DNA of 64,000 nt from the NCBI RefSeq assembly GCF_044236835.1, contig NZ_JBIIGC010000015.1, positions 17,174-81,173 of the forward strand. Direction: 5' to 3'. Position numbers and translations under genes: made by a program. How positions within the stretch are numbered: the first letter of the stretch is position 1; each line of letters starts with the position of its first letter. This document shows positions 17,135-26,400 of the stretch, in pieces. The notes beneath the pieces were generated by a model, which did no database searches, was not told the origin of the DNA, and saw only the letters and a program-made list of their open reading frames with translations. The DNA comes from Rhodoferax sp. Its GTDB lineage: Bacteria; Pseudomonadota; Gammaproteobacteria; Burkholderiales; Burkholderiaceae_C.

Positions 17135-18982
17135 TCAGGGTTGGTGTCGGGTTGGACTGGGGTGCGTGGGGGATGGCTGGTCTTTGGACCCGTTGGCGAG
17201 TTGTTCAAGAAGGTGGGTAAAGGCGTCAATGGCCAGCTGCATATCGTCGCTGGTGGTGGACTCCAGCTGGTTGTGGCTGATGCCCGCGTTCTGTCCACGC
17301 ACAAACAGCATGGCCTGGGGCAGGATGTCGTGCAGCTTCATCGCGTCGTGCCCGGCGCCACTGGGCATACGGTGCAGCGGCACGCCCAGGGCGCCGACGG
17401 CGGCCTCCCAGCGCCGCTGCCAGGCAATGTCGCTGGGGGCCGCGCTGGCGCGCATGGTTTGCGTCAGCGTGTGGTCCACGCCGCGCGCGCTGCAGATGCG
17501 CTGCAGTGCGGCCAGCACATCGCGCTCCAGCGCATCGCGCTGCGCATCGCTGGGCGCGCGCAAGTCCAGCGAAAACTGGCATCGCCCGGGCACCACGTTG
17601 ATGGAGCCGTTGGGCACCAGCAGTTGGCCCACCGTACCCACCGAGTCGCCGTCGGCGCGAGCGCGCTGTTCTACAAACAGCAGTAACTCGGCGACCGCAG
17701 CGGCAGCGTCGCGGCGCTGGTCCATGGGCGTGGTGCCGGCGTGGCTGGCGGTACCCAGCACCTCGCCGGTGTAGCGCACGCTGGCATTGATGGAGGTGAC
17801 GATGCCCAGCGGCAGGTCCAGCGCGTTGAGCACCGGGCCTTGCTCGATGTGCACCTCCACAAAACCTTGGTAGTAGACCGGGTTGCGGCGCAGGCCGGCA
17901 ATGTCTTGCGGGTTCAAACCGGCGGTGTGCATGGCCTCGCGCATGCTGATGCCATCTGCATCGCGCTGGTCCAGCCAGCTGGGGTCAAAGTCGCCGGTGA
18001 GTGCGCCCGAGCCTAGAAAGGTCGCTTTGAAGCGCTGGCCCTCTTCTTCGGCAAAGGCCACGATCTCCAGGTCAAACGGCAGGCGGCGTTGTTGCTCGGC
18101 CAAGGTCTTGACGCAGGCCAGCGGCACATAAATGCCCAGCCGCCCGTCGTACTTGCCACCGTTACGCACCGTATCAAAGTGGCTGCCGGTGAGCAGCGCG
18201 GGCATGCGCGGCGAGCCACCAGCGGCAGCAGTGGCACCATGCGCGCCCAGGTAGCGCCCCACCACGTTGCCCACCGCGTCAATGTCCACCATATCGCAGC
18301 CGGCTTGCAGCATGTCGTTGCGAATCTGCTGCATGCAGGCGCGGTGCGCGTCTGTCAGGTAAGTGACCGTGAGCTGGCCGCGCTCGGCGTAGCCGGGGTC
18401 GGTGTGCTGCGCCAGCGATTCTTGCCAGTCCCACACCAGGTTGCCCAGCGTGGGTGAAACGCCGAACTTGTCGCTCAGCCGAATCTCGGCAATGCGGTGC
18501 ACATTGCGCAGGCACTCTTGCAGCTCGAAGTCGGGGTGGTTTTTCAGGCGGCGCTCGAAGGTGGCGATGATCTCGGCCTTGCCCAATCCCGTGCCGCGCG
18601 GCCCGCGCACCGCCAAGATGAATGGGAAGCCAAAGCGCGCGTTGTAGTCGGCATTGAGCTGCTGGATGTGGGCAAACTCCTGCGGCGTGCAGCGGGTCAG
18701 CCCGGCGGTGTTTTGTTCGTGGGTGGATTCGGCGGTCAGGCTTTTGTCCACCATGGCCTTGCCTGCTAGCTCGGGGTGAGCACGCAAGAGCGCCAGTTGC
18801 GCCTCTTTGCTGCTGCCAGCCACTACGCGCGCCATAGCGTGCTTGAGCGCGGCCAGCGACACAAACGGCCGCTGCGCCAGCGCCGATTGCGCAATCCAGG
18901 GCGAGTGTTCGTACAAGCCGTCGAGCAAGGCCAGCGCGTCTTCGGCGCTGGCGGTGTTGAGTTTCTGCAAGGTGGCTGCCAC
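17135..18982 (-). CDS. Fusion protein: OHCU decarboxylase (N-terminal) + allantoate amidohydrolase / N-carbamoyl-amino-acid hydrolase-type M20 enzyme (C-terminal)
   Basis: The N-terminal about 170 aa (LYEHSPWIA...LRAHPELAG...FPFILAVRG) match UraD. The remainder (GSHFDTV.NGG.YDG.LG...FAEEEG.RF) matches AllC-type amidohydrolases. GTG 18982 lies 3 nt after the puuE stop. Confidence 0.8.
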   Translation of the reverse strand: MAATLQKLNTASAEDALALLDGLYEHSPWIAQSALAQRPFVSLAALKHAMARVVAGSSKEAQLALLRAHPELAGKAMVDKSLTAESTHEQNTAGLTRCTPQEFAHIQQLNADYNARFGFPFILAVRGPRGTGLGKAEIIATFERRLKNHPDFELQECLRNVHRIAEIRLSDKFGVSPTLGNLVWDWQESLAQHTDPGYAERGQLTVTYLTDAHRACMQQIRNDMLQAGCDMVDIDAVGNVVGRYLGAHGATAAAGGSPRMPALLTGSHFDTVRNGGKYDGRLGIYVPLACVKTLAEQQRRLPFDLEIVAFAEEEGQRFKATFLGSGALTGDFDPSWLDQRDADGISMREAMHTAGLNPQDIAGLRRNPVYYQGFVEVHIEQGPVLNALDLPLGIVTSINASVRYTGEVLGTASHAGTTPMDQRRDAAAAVAELLLFVEQRARADGDSVGTVGQLLVPNGSINVVPGRCQFSLDLRAPSDAQRDALERDVLAALQRICSARGVDHTLTQTMRASAAPSDIAWQRRWEAAVGALGVPLHRMPSGAGHDAMKLHDILPQAMLFVRGQNAGISHNQLESTTSDDMQLAIDAFTHLLEQLANGSKDQPSPTHPSPTRHQP

Positions 18983-18984
18983 GC

Positions 18985-19935
18985 TTACTCCACAAACGGG
19001 TGGGTTGCGCGCCAGTGCTGGGCGATGTCCAGGCGGCGGCAGACCCACACCCTGTCATGCGCTGCGATGTGGTCCAAAAAGCGCTGCAAGGCGGTGATGC
19101 GCCCCGGACGGCCCAGCAGGCGGCAGTGCATGCCGATGCTCATCATGGACGGTTGGTTCAGACCAGCGGGATCGCCCTCGGCGTAGAGCGCATCGAAGGT
19201 GTCTTTGAGGTACTGGTAGAACGGGTCGGCATGCGAGTAGCCCTGGGGCAGGGCAAAGCGCATGTCGTTGCAGTCCAGGGTGTAGGGCACGATGAGTTGG
19301 GGCACCACGCTGCCGTCGGTTTTGCGCACTTGCATCCAAAAGGGCAGGTCGTCGCCGTAGTAGTCGCTGTCGTAGGCAAAGCCGCCATAGTCGGCCACCA
19401 GGCGGCGGGTGTTGGGGCTGTCGCGACCGGTGTACCAGCCTAAGGCGCGGCTGCCGGCCAGACGCTCAATCGCATCCATACCCAGCCGCATGTGCTCGCG
19501 CTCGGTGGCCTCGTCCATGTTTTGGTAGTGGATCCAGCGCCAGCCGTGGCAGGCGATCTCGTGGCCCAGTTCGACAAAGGCGGCGGTCAACTCGGGGTGG
19601 CGCTCCAGCGCCATGCCCACGCCAAACACGGTCAGCGGCAGGCCGCGCTTTTCAAACTCGCGCAGGATGCGCCACACCCCGGCGCGCGAGCCGTATTCGT
19701 AAATGCCTTCCATGCTGATATGGCGCTCGGGGTAGCTCGCCGGGTTGAACATCTCGGAAAGAAACTGCTCCGAACCCGCATCCCCGTGCAGCACGCTGTT
19801 TTCGCCGCCCTCTTCGTAATTGAGCACAAACTGCACCGCGATGCGGGCGCCGCCGGGCCAAGCGGCATGGGGTGGGGTGCGGCCGTAGCCGGTTAAATCA
19901 CGGGGGTAGGGCAGGGTGCTGTCGTAGTGGCTCAT
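18985..19935 (-). CDS. puuE: Polysaccharide-deacetylase-fold allantoinase
   Basis: ATG at 19935. YPRDLTGYGRTPP...VQFVLNYEEGGENS...HGWRWIHY is typical of PuuE. Confidence 0.85.
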   Translation of the reverse strand: MSHYDSTLPYPRDLTGYGRTPPHAAWPGGARIAVQFVLNYEEGGENSVLHGDAGSEQFLSEMFNPASYPERHISMEGIYEYGSRAGVWRILREFEKRGLPLTVFGVGMALERHPELTAAFVELGHEIACHGWRWIHYQNMDEATEREHMRLGMDAIERLAGSRALGWYTGRDSPNTRRLVADYGGFAYDSDYYGDDLPFWMQVRKTDGSVVPQLIVPYTLDCNDMRFALPQGYSHADPFYQYLKDTFDALYAEGDPAGLNQPSMMSIGMHCRLLGRPGRITALQRFLDHIAAHDRVWVCRRLDIAQHWRATHPFVE

Positions 19936-20112
19936 GGGCGTCGGGGCGCGGGCGGTGCAGTACGGTTGGAGAGCGGGCGCATGCCCGGATGTTATCTCCC
20001 GCGTTGCAAGATGAATACACTTGGCTCCATCCTGGCGCCCGAGCAATCGGCATCTCCTACCGCAGCACCCACAACGCAGCATACAAAGCGCATCCAACCC
20101 GCGAGGCACCCC

Positions 20113-20466
20113 ATGGGATTGAGCACACATGTTTTGGACACCATGCACGGCACCCCGGCCAGCGGCATGGCCGTAGCCTTGTACACCACCGAGGGCGGAA
20201 CAGCAACCTTGGTCAAGCAGCTGGTGCTGAACGCCGATGGTCGCAACCCCGATGGCCCGCTCTACGACAACCAGAGCCTGAAGGTGGGCACCTACCGCCT
20301 GGTGTTCGAGGTGGCGGCGTACTTCAAGGCGCGCGGCGTCGTGCTACCTGAGCCCAACTTTTTGAACCAAGTCAGCCTGGACTTTGGCGTGGCCCATGCC
20401 GACCAGCACTACCACGTGCCGCTGCTGGTCAGCCCCTGGAGCTACTCCACCTACCGGGGCTCATGA
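20113..20466 (+). CDS. uraH: 5-hydroxyisourate hydrolase (transthyretin-like)
   Basis: ATG at 20113. LSTHVLDT..G.PA at the N-terminus and the C-terminal YHVPLLVSPWSYSTYRGS signature are present. Confidence 0.9.
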   Translation: MGLSTHVLDTMHGTPASGMAVALYTTEGGTATLVKQLVLNADGRNPDGPLYDNQSLKVGTYRLVFEVAAYFKARGVVLPEPNFLNQVSLDFGVAHADQHYHVPLLVSPWSYSTYRGS

Positions 20467-20468
20467 CT

Positions 20469-21089
20469 TTATCGTTGGCCCTCGGTGAGGGTGTCGAGTT
20501 GAAACTTCCCGCTTTTGTGCCACAGCCAGGTGTCGGTGTAGGTGACTCGCCCCATGCGCAGCGGTGCTGGGTAGGGCGCGGCGGCGTGCACCGAGCGTTC
20601 GATCTCGGCCACCACTTCAGGCGCGTGCTTGGGCGCGCGCATCCAGCGCAGGTCGGCCACCCGGCCGACAGCATCGATGTCCACCTCCAGCACCCCAATG
20701 GCATACAGCAGCGGCGGCAACTGGCCCTTGAAGATGCGCTCTGCGTTGCGCGCGTAGAGGTGCGAGGCCGCATCCACCCGGTAAGCCCGTGGCGAGGTGG
20801 CCACCGAGACCGGGCCGCTGGGCTCGGGCGCACGCGCGGGTGGCGGTTTGGGCAGCACCGGGGCCGCCACGCGGGGCGGCTGTGTCTGTGCTGCGGGGGG
20901 GGGTGGTGCGGGCGGTGGCGGTGTGGCGCAGCCAGCGATCAACGCAGCCAGCCCCAGCGCCAGTGCGCAGCGAGGGGGGCGCCACGTCAGGTTGCTTGGG
21001 GCACTTCGGGCCGCATCAGCGTGGACGGCGGCTTGCTTGTTGGGGGCGCAGGCTGCGCAAAGGACATAGCTAGTCGGGGGCTGCCACAT
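20469..21089 (-). CDS. Proline-rich lipoprotein with a TonB-C-terminal-like domain
   Basis: Lipobox LIAGC is followed by a PPPPAPPPP...PKPPP linker and a roughly 90-aa C-terminal domain. The only in-frame ATG (21089) gives an unusually long pre-signal region, so the start is uncertain. Confidence 0.5.
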   Translation of the reverse strand: MWQPPTSYVLCAACAPNKQAAVHADAARSAPSNLTWRPPRCALALGLAALIAGCATPPPPAPPPPAAQTQPPRVAAPVLPKPPPARAPEPSGPVSVATSPRAYRVDAASHLYARNAERIFKGQLPPLLYAIGVLEVDIDAVGRVADLRWMRAPKHAPEVVAEIERSVHAAAPYPAPLRMGRVTYTDTWLWHKSGKFQLDTLTEGQR

Positions 21090-21157
21090 GGTCGGTCTCC
21101 ACTGGGGGCGTCTGGCGCGTACTGTGCCCGAGATTGTCACAGCCCGCGGCGGTTGCG

Positions 21158-22087
21158 ATGGAACAGCCACCAATGATGGACCATTTGGCGCAATTCTTAT
21201 CGCGGCTGCGCACCCAGGACGCGGTGCTCGTCCGAGTGGTATCCACACAGGGCTCCGTGCCACGCGAGGTGGGCGCCTGGATGGCGGTGTTTGCCGATGG
21301 CGCGCTGGCCACCGTGGGCGGTGGCCGCTTGGAGCTCGACGCTTTGGCCCACGCCCACCGCCTGCTGGCGGGCGAGGCGGTGGACGCCAGCGTACGCTAC
21401 CCGCTGGGCCCCAGCCTGGGACAGTGCTGCGGCGGTCAGGTGGTGCTGGCTTTTGAGCCGGTGGGAGCGGTCGATGTGGCGCGGCTAGCGCGGCAACTCG
21501 CACCAGCGGGGGTTCCGGTGGCACTGTTTGGCGCCGGGCATGTGGGGTTGGCGCTGGCCGAAGTGCTCTCGCGCCTGCCGGTGCAGCTGCTCTGGATTGA
21601 CAGCCGCGACAGCGTGTTCCCCCCAGAACTGGCGCAGTCGGTGCAGTGCGAGCACTCGCAGCCGGTGCATGGCGCCGTGGCCAGCCTGCCCGCGCACAGC
21701 CTGGTTGTGATCATGAGCTTCAGCCACGCCGAAGACCTGGACATCGTCAGCGCCTGCCTGCAGCGCCAGCGGGCGCGCGGCGACCTGCCTTTCGTGGGCC
21801 TGATCGGCAGTAAAACCAAATGGGCATCGTTTCGCCAGCGACTGCTGGCGCGCGGCTTCACGCAGGCCGAGCTGGACTATGTGACCTGCCCGATTGGTGT
21901 GGCAGGCATTGCCGACAAGCGCCCCGAAGTGATTGCCGTGGGCGTGGCGGCCCAACTCTTGCAAGTGGCCAGCCGGACCGCTGTGCCACCGCCCAGTTCG
22001 TTGGCTGCGGGGCTGCAGACTGACACAGTCGCCGCTGGTTCCGATACCGCTTCGGCTCCAAAACCCCTTTTTTCGCACGCAGGATAA
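21158..22087 (+). CDS. xdhC: Xanthine dehydrogenase accessory/maturation factor
   Basis: VRVVSTQGSVPRE...GGG.LE plus the Rossmann-like LFGAGHVG match XdhC. ATG 21158 was chosen over TTG 21134. Confidence 0.8.
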   Translation: MEQPPMMDHLAQFLSRLRTQDAVLVRVVSTQGSVPREVGAWMAVFADGALATVGGGRLELDALAHAHRLLAGEAVDASVRYPLGPSLGQCCGGQVVLAFEPVGAVDVARLARQLAPAGVPVALFGAGHVGLALAEVLSRLPVQLLWIDSRDSVFPPELAQSVQCEHSQPVHGAVASLPAHSLVVIMSFSHAEDLDIVSACLQRQRARGDLPFVGLIGSKTKWASFRQRLLARGFTQAELDYVTCPIGVAGIADKRPEVIAVGVAAQLLQVASRTAVPPPSSLAAGLQTDTVAAGSDTASAPKPLFSHAG

Positions 22088-22093
22088 ACAACC

Positions 22094-23377
22094 ATGGAAA
22101 GCTACCTCCTCGACTGGGCCAACTTGCTTTTGCGCTGGGCGCATGTGATTACCGCCATCGCGTGGGTGGGCTCCTCGTTCTACTTTGTGTTTTTGGACAG
22201 CAGCCTCACGCCGCCCGAGGAAGAGGACCTCAAGCGCCAAGGCGTCAGCGGCGAGTTGTGGGCGTTGCATGGTGGCGGCTTCTACCACCCGGTCAAGTTT
22301 GCCGGCGCGCCGCCGCAACTGCCCAAGCACCTGCACTGGTTTTACTGGGAGAGCTACAGCACCTGGCTGACCGGTTTTGCGCTGTTTACCGTGTCCTACC
22401 TGTGGAGCGCGGGCACCTACCTGATTGACAAGTCGGTGATGGACTGGGCACCGGCGGCGGCGGTGGCGGTAGCGCTGGGATTTTTGGTGGTGTTCTGGCT
22501 CGCCTACGACGCCATTTGCCGCATTTTTGGGCAGCGCAAAAACGGCGACGCTATCGTGGGCGCGCTGGTGGCGGTGTTGGTGTGCATTGCGGCCTGGCTG
22601 GCCTGCCACTGGTTTGCCGGACGCGCCGCGTTCTTGCTGGTGGGCGCCATGATCGCCACCGCCATGAGCGCCAATGTGTTCTTCTGGATCATCCCCGGCC
22701 AGCGTGCCATGGTGGCCAGCATCCAGGCGGGCCAGCCGGTGGACCCCATCCACGGCAAGCGCGGCAAGCAGCGCAGTGTGCACAACACCTACTTCACCCT
22801 GCCAGTGCTGTTTGCCATGCTGAGCAACCACTACAGCTTCACCTACAGCCACCCGCAGAACTGGCTGGTGCTCATCATCATGATGTTTGCGGGCGCCGCC
22901 ATCCGCCAGTTTTTTGTGCTGCGCCACGGATTCAAGCTGGGACGCAACGCCCACCCTTGGCCGTATGCGGCGGTCGGTGTGGCGTGCATTGTGGGGGCCG
23001 TGGCCTGGCTGGCTCCGGCGCCGCAAAGCCCCAGCACTGCCAGTGCAGCCTCGGACGCAAGCTCCAGCGCAGGTGCAACTGCTGCTGGGGGAGCAAGCGG
23101 TGCTGGCACGGGGCCTGCTGTGGCCCAGAGCGGCCCCGTAGGCTACGCGCAAATACAGCCGGTGTTGGCCCAGCGCTGCTACATGTGCCACGCCGACCAG
23201 GTGCAAATGAAAAACGTGCGTGTGGACACGCCCCAGGCACTGGCCACCCACGCCCAAGCGGTGTACCAACAGGTGGTGGTAAGCCGCAGCATGCCCATGA
23301 ACAACTCCACCGGCATCACCGAGGCCGAGCGCGACCTCATTCGGCGCTGGTTTGAAGGCGGCGCCCCCACCCACTGA
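22094..23377 (+). CDS. puuD: Membrane urate hydroxylase with C-terminal cytochrome c domain
   Basis: WAHVITAIAWVGSSFYFVFLD is followed by multiple TM helices and a C-terminal heme motif CYMCH. Confidence 0.85.
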   Translation: MESYLLDWANLLLRWAHVITAIAWVGSSFYFVFLDSSLTPPEEEDLKRQGVSGELWALHGGGFYHPVKFAGAPPQLPKHLHWFYWESYSTWLTGFALFTVSYLWSAGTYLIDKSVMDWAPAAAVAVALGFLVVFWLAYDAICRIFGQRKNGDAIVGALVAVLVCIAAWLACHWFAGRAAFLLVGAMIATAMSANVFFWIIPGQRAMVASIQAGQPVDPIHGKRGKQRSVHNTYFTLPVLFAMLSNHYSFTYSHPQNWLVLIIMMFAGAAIRQFFVLRHGFKLGRNAHPWPYAAVGVACIVGAVAWLAPAPQSPSTASAASDASSSAGATAAGGASGAGTGPAVAQSGPVGYAQIQPVLAQRCYMCHADQVQMKNVRVDTPQALATHAQAVYQQVVVSRSMPMNNSTGITEAERDLIRRWFEGGAPTH

Positions 23378-23433
23378 GCCCGCGCTGCGCTCGCCTGCTG
23401 CGAGCACCCGGTGGGTGCGGGCGCCTTGTGGGC

Positions 23434-26400
23434 CTACAGCACCTGCAAGGCCACGTAGTGCAGCGCGTTGTCCTGGGCCTCAGCCACCACGCCGCCTACC
23501 GAGACGGTGTAGTGGCCTGTTGCGCTGGCCTGGTCAGACCAGTCGCTCTGGACTGCCAGCGTGCCAAACCAGCCCAGCGGCGCGTCCTGCGGCGTACCGG
23601 GGCTGGTGCTGCTGCCATTGAAGGCAGCCCACAGGGATGTGAGGTCGGCAGTGGCCGGGCTGGCAAGCTGCACACCGGCGCTGCTCTGCTGCGCCAGTGC
23701 TGCTGCGGCGACCACGTTGATGGTGAGCGTCGTGGTAGCGCTCACGTTGCCGGCGCGGTCGGTTTGGGTCACAGTCAAATCTTCGGAGCCCAGTCCCATG
23801 CTGGTGATGTCTGCCTGGGTGAGCGCGTAGCTCCAGGAGGTGCCTGCGCCAGAGCTCACGGTGAGCGCCGTTGCAGTACCCAACCGCAGGCTGACCGTTG
23901 CCTCGTTCTCGCGGGTTCCGGTGATCAGGGCGCCGACTTCGGTGGTGGTGATGGTGTTGTCGGTGGAGACTGCATTGATGGACAGGTTTTGCAGTGCGAC
24001 AGTGTCGACGTTCACATCCAAGGTCGCTGCAATTCCGGTGTTGCCGGCAAAGTCGGTCTGGGTTACCGAAATTTGGTCCGCTCCTTGGCCCATTGCGAGG
24101 TAGTCTTCTGGTGTGAGGGTGTAGCTCCAGGTGGTGCTTGCGGGACGGATCAAGGTGATGGACTTGGCGAATGTGCCATCGCCTTGCAGACCCAAATGCA
24201 GGGTAATGGAAGCGTTGGGTTCTTTGCTGCCCGTCAGGGTCACTGCGCCGCCGTTTGCAAAGTCGGCACGGGTGATGTTGGTGTCTCCGCCTAGCACACC
24301 GATCGTGGGAGCATCTGGAGCGATGAAGTCGTTGCTGAGCATGAAGCTTGAAGTGGGACCGAGATTGCCTGCGGCATCCTCCTGGTTGAATGAGATCTCT
24401 ACGTCACCTGTCCCAAAAAAAAGCTTAATGGTTGCGCTACTTAAAAAACAGGTCCACGTGGTGCCGACCACCGTTGCTTCCACGTCCATGATGTGTAAAC
24501 TCAAAGTAATAGACAAATGAACCTTGGCGTTGGGTTCGCAAGTGCCAGTCAGGGTGACTCCGTTTGCTGCCTCCTGCGCATTGATGATGTTGTCGCCCGT
24601 GATGTTGCCCACGATGGTTGGGGGCCCTGCTGGGGCCACGGTGTCGATGGTCAATTGCAAGGTGGAGTCTGGGCTCAAGCCCTTGGTTGCGTCGAACGAC
24701 CTTGCAACTACCTCCATCACACCTTCACCGAGCACGGTGTAGTCGCTGCTGGTCATCACATAGCTCCACTCGGTACTCTGCGAGCTTGCCAGGGTGACTT
24801 CTATTGCCTTGGAGGAATCATCAGCCCTGCGCACGATAAGCAAGACAGTTGCACCGCTCTCTTTTGTACCCTTGATGGTGACGCCGGTCGGGGCATCGCG
24901 CTCGGTGGCGTTAATGATGTTGTTACCAGCCACCGTATCAATGGTGGGCGCTGCAATGGTGCTAAGGTCAACGTCCACATCCAAGGTCGTTGCAATTCCG
25001 GTGTTGCCGCCGAGGTCGGTCTGGGTTACCGAAATTTGGTCCGCTCCTTGGCCCATTGCGAGGTAGTCTTCTGGATTGAGGGTGTAGCTCCAGGTGGTGC
25101 TTGTGGTGTGCGGTGAGGTGATGGTTCTGGCGAATGTGCCATCGCTTCGCAGACCCCAATGCAGGGTAACGGAAGCGTTGGCTTCTTTGCTGCCCGTCAG
25201 GGTCACTGTGCCGCCGTTTGCAAGGTCGGCGCTGGTGAAGTTGGTGTCTCCGTTGAGCACACCGATGGTGGGAGCGATTGGTGGTGTTTTGTCTATGGTG
25301 ATTGAGCGACCAGCGCTTTCGGATTGGTTTCCTGCCTCGTCTTGCTGAATCACCTGGAACGAGTAACGTCCATCTGTCAGACTGGCCAGTTGCTCCAGGG
25401 TCAACACCAGCTGCCACCTTCCGTTGGTGGTTTGCGCTACGAGCGCTTGACCGTTTAAGTCTCCACCATCGATGTGCACGGTAACTTGGGCGTTGGGTTC
25501 GCAGGTGCCCTTTAGCGTGACGCCTGCAGAGGCCATACTGGCATTGATGATCTGACTTCCGCCGCCAACTGCTTCAAATCCCGGCATATCAGGCGCCAAC
25601 GTATCAACATGGACCCGGAACGTTAGCTCGCTGGAGTTGCCTGCGTCATCGGTCTGCACCAACTTCAATGTCTCCTCGCCTTGTTGCATGTGCTCAACCT
25701 CCAACTCGCTGAAGGTAAAGCGGAACGTTCCGTTGGTGACGTCAATCGCGCGCCCAACAGTGTCGCCATCAAGGTACAGCCTGACCGAGGCGCCGATGTC
25801 GCACGTGCCATTGAAGGCCGTCAAGTCGACATCACCGAGACCGATGAAGGCGGGGGGGCGTAGGAGAGCGATGCTGCCGATCTCGGTATCGACGTTCACT
25901 TGCACCGCATCGGAATCTACACTGGGGTTGCCAGCGACGTCTGTCTGGGTGGCCGTGAAGGAGACCGAACCGCTGGCCATCTGAGGGATTTGATCAGGGG
26001 CAACCCGCACACTCCAATTGCCGTCATTGCCCACGGTGGCGGTGCCCACCTCGGTGGAGATGGTGTTGCCCAACTCCGTATGGCTAAAGTGCACCGTCAC
26101 GGTGGCACCGACTTCGCCGGTGCCGCTCAAGGTGACACCGGCATCGCGCTCAGCGGCATTGATGGAGGCGCCAGCGGAGACCGCGGTGACCGTGGGCGCA
26201 AGCGGAGCATTGGTATCGACGCTGATATCCAGCGCAGCCAAAGCGACACTGGTATTGCCCGCAGCATCGGTCTGGGTGACCGAGAAGGCATCGAGGCCTT
26301 CGCCCATGGCAGAGTAGTCATCCTCAGTGAGGGTGTAGCTCCAGGATTCGGCAGCGGAAGCTGCGATCTCAATGGTTCTGGCGAAGGAGCCATCGGGGCG

